DNA from: Halobacterium rubrum
GTDB taxonomy: Archaea > Halobacteriota > Halobacteria > Halobacteriales > Halobacteriaceae
DNA length: 24,000 nt
Assembly: GCF_029872365.1 (NCBI RefSeq)
Contig: NZ_JARXOF010000001.1
Strand: one strand, 5' to 3'
Shown one piece after another: positions 15,827 to 23,208 of this stretch (its first letter is position 1; each line of letters opens with the position of its first letter). The notes beneath the pieces were generated by a model. The model did not search any database. It saw only the letters and a program-made list of their open reading frames with translations, and was not told the origin of the DNA. Made by a program: the position numbers and the translations under genes.

Positions 15827-17956
15827 TCAGAGTTTGTCGGCGTTCTTCGCCTGGTCGCTGCGACGGCGGGCCTGATCGAGGCGGTTGTCTGCCGCGTTCG
15901 CGAGCCCGGACGGGAGTGAGTCGCGCGCCTCGGAGAGTCTCGTGGAAACCTGGTCGAGGCGGTTCTGGACGGTCTCGAGTTTCTGGTCGGCGTTCCCTCG
16001 GTCGCCGGCTTCGGCGCGCTCCGCGGCACGGCGGGCGGCCTCGGCGACGGCGTCGAGTGCGTTCGCCAGCCCGTTCACGGCGTTCTCCTGCCCGCCACCA
16101 CCCCCGTTGCCCCGGTCGTCGTCGGTGTCGTCGGAGTCGCCGCCCCCTTCGACGGCGGCGACCTCGTCCCGGGTCTCCGCGGCGATGTCGGCGAGGTAGC
16201 TGGCGAGTGACGCCTTCCCGGTCTGGGGGTTCTCGACCCGGACACTGTCTGCGTCCCCACCGGGATTGACGCGGTCGGCACCGATCGCGTCGTCGCTGTC
16301 CCGTACCTCGGTCGTGAACGCGCCGCCCCGGTGGACGTAGACGGCGTCCGGCCCCGCCAGCGGCGCGTCGTACAGCCGGCCGGCGAAGTCGTCCTCGACG
16401 GCGAGGTCGGTGAGGTCGGCGTCCACCTCGCTCGGGTCGACCTCGAGTTTCACGCTGTGCTCGCGGGCGACCACCGGGATTTCGCCGTCGACGCCGGCGG
16501 CCGTGACGCTGCCGTCGCCGCCGCTATCGCTGCTGTCGTCGCCGCCCACGGCGACCGTCTCGCTGTGGGGTTCGACGCCCGCGCCGTTGACGGTGAGCCT
16601 GTGCTCGCCCTCGGTGACGCCCTGCACGACGGCGATGCCGTTGAACGTCGGGACGGCCTCCGGCTCGCTCTGCAGCAACGCGACCAGTTCGAGGGACGAC
16701 GACTCGGTCGTCAACCCCTCGTTCTCGGGGGCGTCGTCGCTCGTGATGGCGTTTGTCACGCCCGCGACCACCTGATTGACGGGGGACGGGTCCCCGATGG
16801 CGTCGTAGCGCTCGGCCAGCGCCTGCCGGTGGCGCGCCTCGCTGATGTCCGCCGCCGGGTTCGTGTACCGGGGGCTCTGCCAGGGGACGCCGGTCGTCGT
16901 GATGTGACCGGCGACGGCGTCCTCGACGAAGTCGGGGATGGCGAACTCGAAGCTCAACTGGGGACCGACGAAGTCCGCGACGTGCTCGAGGTCGGTCGTC
17001 GGCCGGAGTTCGTACTCGACGTCCGGGTCGGCGTCGCTGGCGCCCGCGAAGTCGAACTGGAGCCCGGTCTCGCGCTCGGGGAGGTCCGGCGGGGACTCCA
17101 GCGCGTCGAACGACCGCACGGTCAGCGACTCGTCGACGAGGTCCTCGGCGCCGACCGCCGGCAGGTCGTCGTGGTCGTACAGCGGCTCGCCGTCCAGCTC
17201 GGGGACGCTGTACGGCAGCGCGAACTGTTCGTCGCGCGGCAGCCCGTACGCCAGCGGGATGGCGGCGATGGCCTCGACGCCCTCGAGGACGCTGTTCGTG
17301 ACGTCGGCGACGCTGCCGTCCAGCGGCAGACGCTGGAACTTGTCGGCGTCCTCGTTCACCGAGAGGCCACTGGAGTGCGAGCCCAGTTCCGTGAGGATGC
17401 GGGGGCGGCGGCTGCCGTCCGGGTCGAGGAACTCGTTGTTCGGGACTTTCCGGGAGTGCGAGCTCGCCACGTACAGCTGTGGCTCCCCGGTCTCGGTGTC
17501 CACGAACACGTGCAGGACCTCCCAGTCGTGCCAGTGGAAGTTCGTGGCGAACTGGTCGAACGCCGAGTAGAACCAGAACTGGACGACCGCAAGCGGCGAC
17601 GCCTCGTACTCGACGACGTTGAAGAACGACACGGGGTCGACCGGGTCGCCGTCGTCGCCGCTGCGCTCCGCGTAGCCGTTCAGCGCCTCGAAGCCGTCGA
17701 CGACCGTCTCCCCGTCGCGCTCGACCTCGTAGGGCTGGGGGTCCGTCGGGAACCACTGCTCGTGCTCGTCGAAGTACAGCGTCGGCGCGAACTGCTCGGC
17801 GAGCGACCGCGCGCGGTCCGCGTCCTCGACGACCGACGCGTCCCCGTCGTCGCTGGTCTCGAACAGTGAGCAGCCCGCGAGCGCCGACGTGGCGCCTGCT
17901 GCGATGCCGCCGAGCACGGTGCGCCGGTTCACCGCCTGCGAGCGCTCTCCCGTCAT
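15827..17956 (-). CDS. Large Tat-dependent lipoprotein (709 aa) with a Vps62/DUF946-like N-domain, an Ig/CarboxypepD_reg-like middle region and a Gly-rich/coiled-coil C-terminus; function unknown
   Basis: The N-terminus MTGERSQAVNRRTVLGGIAAGATSALAGCSL has a twin-Arg motif and a lipobox. FAPTLYFDEHEQWFPTDP and NFHWHDWEVLHVFVD resemble the Vps62-family YAP..Y...E...P and H.GDWE motifs. GC3 is strong throughout and the composition is acidic. Confidence 0.75.
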   Translation of the reverse strand: MTGERSQAVNRRTVLGGIAAGATSALAGCSLFETSDDGDASVVEDADRARSLAEQFAPTLYFDEHEQWFPTDPQPYEVERDGETVVDGFEALNGYAERSGDDGDPVDPVSFFNVVEYEASPLAVVQFWFYSAFDQFATNFHWHDWEVLHVFVDTETGEPQLYVASSHSRKVPNNEFLDPDGSRRPRILTELGSHSSGLSVNEDADKFQRLPLDGSVADVTNSVLEGVEAIAAIPLAYGLPRDEQFALPYSVPELDGEPLYDHDDLPAVGAEDLVDESLTVRSFDALESPPDLPERETGLQFDFAGASDADPDVEYELRPTTDLEHVADFVGPQLSFEFAIPDFVEDAVAGHITTTGVPWQSPRYTNPAADISEARHRQALAERYDAIGDPSPVNQVVAGVTNAITSDDAPENEGLTTESSSLELVALLQSEPEAVPTFNGIAVVQGVTEGEHRLTVNGAGVEPHSETVAVGGDDSSDSGGDGSVTAAGVDGEIPVVAREHSVKLEVDPSEVDADLTDLAVEDDFAGRLYDAPLAGPDAVYVHRGGAFTTEVRDSDDAIGADRVNPGGDADSVRVENPQTGKASLASYLADIAAETRDEVAAVEGGGDSDDTDDDRGNGGGGGQENAVNGLANALDAVAEAARRAAERAEAGDRGNADQKLETVQNRLDQVSTRLSEARDSLPSGLANAADNRLDQARRRSDQAKNADKL

Positions 17957-18243
17957 CGTTGCCGCCCTGTCGCCGACGGCCGGCGCACGGCGGTCGCCTG
18001 ACTACCGGTGTTCCCGAGCAATTTCGAACCTATACACGACGCCCGCGAATAGACCTTCTGGTGGTCCCCGGTACGGCGTCGGCGCGTCGTCGTCCGTCGC
18101 GGACGACCGAGCTCACGGCCGTAGCGCGAACAGCGCGAGGTGGCCGAGGACCGCTGTGCTCTCCGGCCCGCCGGCGAGTGCGCCCGACAGCACGCCGATG
18201 GTGCTGACGAACGCGCTGGGCGGCAGCGAGCGCGGGTAACTTC

Positions 18244-19335
18244 TCAGCTATCCTTGAGCGAACGGGCGCGGTACCGGTCGCGGGCCGCCTCGAACAGCGG
18301 CCACACGACTGGGTTCTGCCCCTTCTCCCAGTGCAACAGCGGCACTGCCTCGGCGCCGTACTTCGACTTGAACCGGAAGACGGAGTTGTCGAAGTGCGCA
18401 CCGGTCCTGTCGAAGCTGTACGCGTCGAAGCCCTCCGCGATGCCCCACTCGATTGCCGCGGCGTGCATGAGCTCGGAGGGCATCGACTCGTAGCAGGACT
18501 CGTCGGGGATGGCCGACAGCCAGTGGACGAGCACGGACTGTTCGGCGTCCAGCAGGTAGACGTACCGGCCGACCACGTCGCCGTCGACCCGCGCGGTGAA
18601 CACGCGAGTGCGGTCCGCGAGGTGGTCGGCGACCGCTTCCAGCAGCGACTTCGGGAATGCGTTGCCGTCGACGCGCCGGACGTTCCGCCGGTACAGCTCG
18701 TACGTCCGGTCGAGGTCGTCGCCGAGCACGCCGACCTCGACGGCGTACTCCTGCTCGCGGGCGTCTCGAATCGCTTTCCGGCGTTCCTTGTCCATGTCGG
18801 CGAGCACGCGCTCCCACGACCGGTCGATGTCGAGGACGAGCACCGCGAGGTCGGTCGACAGCTCGTACCCCCGGTTGGCGAGGTACTGGCCGTAGCGCAC
18901 CAGGCCGAGGTCGTGGCTGGCGATGCGGTGGTACAGCACCGGGCCGCCGCCGGTAGCGTCCAGCGCGTCGAACAGCCGGTCGACGTTCGCCGCCTCGTCG
19001 CCCGCCACGACCGGGCCGCCGTAGCCCGGTTCGCCGGACAGCAGCGCGGTGACACCGAGCGCGTCTGCGACCGCGTCCGCCGCGTCGTGGGGGAGGTCGA
19101 GGTCGGCAGCGAACACCGGGAGGACGGCCACCGGGTTCCCGTCCTTGGCGACGAGCGCGTGCCGCGGCCGGTAGTCGAGGCCCGCCTCGACCGCTGCGAG
19201 CCACTCGTGGCGGTGGAAGAGGCTGCCGCGGTCGGCCTGCGTGACGAGGTTGTTCCACTGGTTCCGGTCGACGTCGTGGACGCTCGCCAGCAGCGTGGCC
19301 GTGACCCCGTCGTCGACGGTGTCTGCCCGTGCCAT
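18244..19335 (-). CDS. FemAB-like / GNAT-fold acyltransferase (Acetyltransf_6-type, 363 aa)
   Basis: The N-terminus reads DVDRNQWNNLV...SLFHRHEWLAAVEAG. The C-terminus reads FDAYSFDRTGAHFDNSVFRFKSKYGAEAVPL, resembling the FemAB/BioF2-like family ending ...G...FK..(W/F)GA. The start is set at ATG 19335 because third-position G/C drops sharply in the upstream in-frame extension (19336-19638). Confidence 0.7.
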   Translation of the reverse strand: MARADTVDDGVTATLLASVHDVDRNQWNNLVTQADRGSLFHRHEWLAAVEAGLDYRPRHALVAKDGNPVAVLPVFAADLDLPHDAADAVADALGVTALLSGEPGYGGPVVAGDEAANVDRLFDALDATGGGPVLYHRIASHDLGLVRYGQYLANRGYELSTDLAVLVLDIDRSWERVLADMDKERRKAIRDAREQEYAVEVGVLGDDLDRTYELYRRNVRRVDGNAFPKSLLEAVADHLADRTRVFTARVDGDVVGRYVYLLDAEQSVLVHWLSAIPDESCYESMPSELMHAAAIEWGIAEGFDAYSFDRTGAHFDNSVFRFKSKYGAEAVPLLHWEKGQNPVVWPLFEAARDRYRARSLKDS

Positions 19336-19770
19336 AGCCCCGGAAAGACTGCTGACGTCCTTCGTTATCCACACCTGTCCGCGGCAGGGGCTGCCGGCAC
19401 TCGCGTCGACGTGGCGACGTCCGACTGACCGGGTGCGGAGTAGCGTCTCAGCCACCTGTAAGGCCTCCTTACGCGTCCCTGCGGCGCGAAGCACTCGACT
19501 AGTAAGCTCGGCGTTCGCTCGTTTGCCGTGCGCTGCTCCCCCGGCCGCAGTCGAGTACACGACGCCGGCGCCGTCGCCGTCGGGAACTGCTGGTGCCGTC
19601 GAAACGACGATCGTTTCTGTGGTATCTAGTACTTCCACCGCTGTGAGCCGACCATTCAGTGACGAAATGATGGCAGAACGGCGGCATAGCGAACATTTGT
19701 TTTTATTCTCGCCGTTCTGGCCGACGGATGCGGTACTCTTATGCGTAGAACGGGCGTGTGTTCAGTCGCA

Positions 19771-19965
19771 ATGGCAGAAGGTCAGGTCGACTTCTTCAAC
19801 GACACGGGCGGCTACGGTTTCATCGAGACTGAGGACGCGGACGAGGACGTTTTCTTCCACATGGAGGACGTCGGCGGCGAAGATCTCACTGAAGGCACCG
19901 AAATCGAGTTCGACATCGAGCAGGCTCCCAAGGGCCCGCGCGCGAAGAACGTCGTTCGCGTATAA
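19771..19965 (+). CDS. Cold-shock domain protein (CspA family, 64 aa)
   Basis: Translation is MAEGQVDFFNDTGGYGFIETEDADEDVFFHMEDVGG...GPRAKNVVRV, containing the RNP1-like GYGFI and RNP2-like VFFH motifs. A TTTTTATT block at 19700-19707 is a plausible TATA box and implies a ~40-nt leader. Confidence 0.9.
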   Translation: MAEGQVDFFNDTGGYGFIETEDADEDVFFHMEDVGGEDLTEGTEIEFDIEQAPKGPRAKNVVRV

Positions 19966-20158
19966 CTCGGACTCTCTACGACGAACGAACCGCAGATTTT
20001 TCGGCGACGCTACCCGCCCAGCAGTGCGTTCGTCGTACTGGACGCTCGCACAGGCGTTCCCGGTAAGTCTCTGGATTCGCAGCGCCGTCGCCGAAACCGC
20101 CGCTGCTGGCGCTACACAGTGAAAGAACGGCCGCTAGCGCGCTGTACCGCGGGGCGGA

Positions 20159-20443
20159 TTACTCGATGTGGCCTTCGGCGCGCAGCTGGTCGGCGTCCTG
20201 GTCGGAGTACCGCCACTCGACGTTCGCCTTCTCGTCCTGCCAGTCCCACGGCTCGGCGAGGACGACGTCGCCCTCGTTGATCCAGGTGCGGTACTTCATT
20301 CGGCCGGGGATACGGCCCATGCGTTCTTCGCCGTCCTCGCACTGCAGCGTTACGTGGTTCCCGCCGTCGTGTCGCTTGACGACCGCAAACACTTCGTCGT
20401 CGTTGGGCATCCGGAGGTTCCGGCGCCCGCTGTCGTCGCTCAC
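20159..20443 (-). CDS. eif1a: Translation initiation factor 1A (aIF1A)
   Basis: Translation is (GTG)[21 protein letters not shown]...[36 protein letters not shown], the S1-like aIF1A signature. A TATA-like TTTTAC lies about 26 nt upstream on the minus strand. Confidence 0.9.
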   Translation of the reverse strand: MSDDSGRRNLRMPNDDEVFAVVKRHDGGNHVTLQCEDGEERMGRIPGRMKYRTWINEGDVVLAEPWDWQDEKANVEWRYSDQDADQLRAEGHIE

Positions 20444-20740
20444 ACCTCGTCTACGAACCCACCACAGTAAAAGGACGTGGTACTCGTGGTACCTCGCGAC
20501 ACGCCGTCCAGGTCTCGGATTTCGGGCAAGGCGGCTCTTCTTCTGGGCGACTGGGCGCTGTGTCTGGCGGTTCGAGTGGGCGTCACGTGGTTCCGACGGC
20601 GATTTTGGATTCTACATGAACGTTTATGATGTATGGGGGCGACGGTCGGGACGCCCGATGCACCGGCCCACGTCCGACCAGGCGACGCCGACACCGATTG
20701 ACCGACTCCCGACCACGCCGACCACAGCCACACGCTACTC

Positions 20741-20932
20741 GTGAAGACAGCCACCGAACCCCGAGCAGAGGCACCGAGTCTCCCGGCCATCGACTCAAGC
20801 GAGGGCGCCGACCCGCCGAGCACCGACACCTCGTGGGTCGACCGCTGCCAGCGGCAGTTCACCACCGACGACGACCGCCGCCTCCACAACCTCGTCGACG
20901 ACGAGAACTGCGTCGTCTACGACGGCGTGTAG
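20741..20932 (+). CDS. Small hypothetical protein (63 aa), start uncertain
   Basis: Third-position G/C is close to 100% from about 20800 onward and the C-terminus is acidic (WVDRCQRQFTTDDDRRLHNLVDDENCVVYDGV). The GTG start overlaps (GTGA) the stop of a possible 28-codon upstream ORF (20658-20744). I recognise no family. Confidence 0.4.
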   Translation: MKTATEPRAEAPSLPAIDSSEGADPPSTDTSWVDRCQRQFTTDDDRRLHNLVDDENCVVYDGV

Positions 20933-21050
20933 GACAGCCTAATTCTCCCTGTCCCCTCCCACTGTCGGCACTCCCCGACACTGCACGCAAAGAAACAGCA
21001 GCGGCCACGTACCGCCGGGGTCCCGGAGTCGCCCGGGCCGCGCCGCGGCG

Positions 21051-22868
21051 TTACGTGTCGGTCTCGTTCTCGGGCGCTGCCGCCGTCTCGTTCAGCACGA
21101 CGGTGACGTTCGCGTCGGCCGTCACCGCGACCCCGTCAGCGACGAACGGGCCGTCGTCGAGGCCGTCCGTGGCGACGAAGTCGTAGGTTTCGTTGCCGCT
21201 GTTCTCGACGTGCGGCATGGCGATGAGCGTCTGGTTCTCGATGAGCGTCTGGTTCTCGGCGAAGTCGGCCCCGGAGACGTTGAACAGTTCGACGGTGAGG
21301 TTCTCGTAGTCGCCGGCTTCGAGGTACTCCGAGACGCCGACGACGCTAGCCGTCACATCTCCCTCGAGGAGGGAGTCGTTGTGGATGGCGACGTAGCCGT
21401 CCTCGGGCAGCGAGACGGCCGAGACGTTGACGGCGGTCCCGTTCGAGGTCTGGTCCTCGAAGGTCACCGACGCCATCGCGGTCTCGTTCTCCTCGGTCTC
21501 GTTGCCGTCGGTCGGCTCTTCGGTCGTCGTCGGTTCCTCGGTCGTCTCGTTGCCGGTGTCCGTCTCGTTGTCCATCGCCGTCTCGTCCAGTTCGACGGTG
21601 ACGTTCGCGTCGGCCGTCACCGCCGCGCCGTCAGCGACGAACGGGCCGTCGTCGAGGCCGTCCGTGGCGACGAAGTCGTAGGTTTCGTTGCCGCTGTCTT
21701 CGACGTGCGGCATGGCGATGAGCGTCTGGTTCTCGGTCAGCGTCTGGTTCTCGGCGAAGTCGGCCCCGGAGACGTTGAACAGTTCGACGGTGAGGTTCTC
21801 GTAGTCGCCGGCTTCGAGGTACTCCGAGACGCCGACGACGCTAGCCGTCACATCTCCCTCGAGGAGGGAGTCGTTGTGGATGGCGACGTAGCCGTCCTCG
21901 GGCAGCGAGACGGCCGAGACGTTGACGGCGGTCCCGTTCGAGGTCTGGTCCTCGAAGGTCACCGACGCCATCGCGGTCTCGTTATCGTCGGTCTCGTTGC
22001 CGTCGGTCGGCTCTTCGGTGGTGGTGGGTGCCTCGGTGGTGGTGGGTGCCTCGGTAGTGGTGGGTGCCTCGGTGGTGGTGGGTGCTTCAGTCGTGGTTGG
22101 TGCCTCGGTGGTGGTGGGTGCTTCAGTCGTGGTTGGTGCCTCGGTGGTGGTGGGTGCTTCAGTCGTGGTGGGTGCCTCGGTGGTGGTTGGCGCTTCAGTC
22201 GTGGTTGGTGCCTCGGTGGTGGTTGGCGCTTCAGTCGTCGTCGGTTCTTCGGTCGGTTCTTCGGTCGGTTCTTCGGTCGGTTCTTCGGTCGGTTCTTCGG
22301 TCGGTTCTTCAGTCGGCTCTTCGTCCGGCGGGCCCGCCTCGGCCGCTTCGACCGAGAGCGTGCCGACGCTGAGGCCCTCGACGGTTAGCGACCCGAAGCT
22401 CAGGCCGCCGCCCGCGAGCATGCCCTGCGCAACGTCACCGTTCGAGCGGTCCCACGTGACGGTGTCAGCCTCGACGTCCTCCAGCATGATGGAGTCGACC
22501 TCGGCGTCGACGGTCACGGTGTTGTTCTCGATGGTGATGGACGCCGAGTCGATGTTCTCGATCTGGACGGCTCCGGCCTCGAAGCCCTCGACGTTGTCAC
22601 CGAGGGCCGACCCGAACGCGCTCCGCAGCGCGTCCTCGGTGCCACCGATCTCGCCCAGTTGGAACGTCAGCCCCTCGACTTCGACGTCCTCCATCTGGAC
22701 GCGATCGGCTGTCACGTCCTCGGCTGTGGCTGTCGAGCCGGCCGCTCCGGCCTGCTGTGCTGGTGTGCCCGGCGACGTGGTGGCGACCGCCGCGCCGGCC
22801 GACAGCGCGACTGTCAGTGCCATCAGTACGGCCCCGATCTTGAGTCTCCGCGTGCTTGTGCCTGTCAT
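21051..22868 (-). CDS. Secreted, heavily glycosylatable surface/extracellular protein with Thr/Pro/Glu linkers and two tandem ~165-aa domains (resembling the haloarchaeal DUF7282-type domain)
   Basis: A signal peptide is present (MTGTSTRRLKIGAVLMALTVALSAGAAVA). Then come a repetitive beta-rich N-domain, (PTEE)n and (TTTEAP)n tracts, and two near-identical domains (VTFEDQTSNGTAVNVSAVSLPEDGYVAIHNDSLL...ENQTLIAMPHVE.SGNETYDFV). The ATG at 22868 is preferred over the GTG at 22874. There is no C-terminal TM or PGF-CTERM anchor. Confidence 0.85.
   Translation of the reverse strand: MTGTSTRRLKIGAVLMALTVALSAGAAVATTSPGTPAQQAGAAGSTATAEDVTADRVQMEDVEVEGLTFQLGEIGGTEDALRSAFGSALGDNVEGFEAGAVQIENIDSASITIENNTVTVDAEVDSIMLEDVEADTVTWDRSNGDVAQGMLAGGGLSFGSLTVEGLSVGTLSVEAAEAGPPDEEPTEEPTEEPTEEPTEEPTEEPTEEPTTTEAPTTTEAPTTTEAPTTTEAPTTTEAPTTTEAPTTTEAPTTTEAPTTTEAPTTTEAPTTTEAPTTTEAPTTTEEPTDGNETDDNETAMASVTFEDQTSNGTAVNVSAVSLPEDGYVAIHNDSLLEGDVTASVVGVSEYLEAGDYENLTVELFNVSGADFAENQTLTENQTLIAMPHVEDSGNETYDFVATDGLDDGPFVADGAAVTADANVTVELDETAMDNETDTGNETTEEPTTTEEPTDGNETEENETAMASVTFEDQTSNGTAVNVSAVSLPEDGYVAIHNDSLLEGDVTASVVGVSEYLEAGDYENLTVELFNVSGADFAENQTLIENQTLIAMPHVENSGNETYDFVATDGLDDGPFVADGVAVTADANVTVVLNETAAAPENETDT
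21081..22022. repeat. Tandem direct duplication, period 495 bp (copy A 21081-21527, copy B 21576-22022), roughly 98% identical
   Basis: Aligning the two copies by eye shows only about ten substitutions over ~445 nt. The duplication lies inside the glycoprotein CDS. Confidence 0.9.
22017..22250. repeat. Thirteen tandem 18-nt units (GGTGGTGGTGGGTGCCTC-like) encoding (TTTEAP)n on the minus strand, with a 36-nt higher-order alternation
   Basis: Units were counted directly. Units alternate between GGTGGTGG(T/G)... and AGTCGTGG... variants. Confidence 0.9.
22251..22322. repeat. Six tandem 12-nt units (GGTCGGTTCTTC) encoding (PTEE)n on the minus strand
   Basis: Counted directly. Five units are perfect and one is a variant (AGTCGGCTCTTC). 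Confidence 0.9.
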
Positions 22869-23208
22869 GCCCACTAGATGACTCGGCGGCCAACCGCATT
22901 GTTATACTCTGGCTCGAATCACCAAACGGCGTGCTACTCACGACTTCTCTAACCCTACCTGTTAGCCGGTCGTTGCGGTTTCCTGCGGGACGGACGGGTG
23001 CGATTCGAAAGCCGGCGTTACGCCACGAACTCGTCGCAGTCACCTCGTTCTGGTGTCCCGCGCCGGCAGCCGGCGCGCGCTCGGGCCAGTTGTACACTCG
23101 GCTTATCAGCGCGGTCCCAGCCGGGACGCAACGCACCCCGCTTCGGAGTGCCGGCAGGCGACGTGGGGACGGCTGGTGTTTTTGTCGCCGGCGTGCCAAC
23201 ACCCACGC

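Noticed and set aside
16331-17869. 512-aa + strand ORF (and 16524..17756 on the minus strand in another frame) overlapping the 709-aa lipoprotein gene
   Set aside because: The translations are Arg/Val/Gly/Asp low-complexity sequence. The minus-strand frame 15827..17956 has a proper Tat signal/lipobox, acidic composition and G/C-ending codons.
18015-18040. tRNA-like T-loop sequence (GGTTCGAAAT on the minus strand), and a similar GATTCGAAAG at about 23004-23013
   Set aside because: The flanking bases do not form a T-stem, and no acceptor or anticodon arms can be drawn. The first is more likely part of the promoter region of the lipoprotein gene.
21051-21110. Expected PGF-CTERM/archaeosortase or TM anchor at the C-terminus of the glycoprotein
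   Set aside because: The C-terminus (…VVLNETAAAPENETDT) is hydrophilic and has no hydrophobic segment, so no anchor can be claimed.
22017-22322. CRISPR-like regular short repeats
   Set aside because: The units are contiguous with no spacers, are 12 or 18 nt long, and lie in-frame within a CDS encoding TTTEAP/PTEE linkers. No cas genes are present.
23058-23190. Hairpin (GCGCCGGC-A-GCCGGCGC) and CCAGCCG...CGGCTGG inverted repeat followed by TTTTT, read as a terminator or attenuator upstream of crtI
   Set aside because: The T-tract sits about 26 nt before the crtI ATG and is more simply the TATA box of a leaderless crtI. GC-rich palindromes of this size are common in such DNA.
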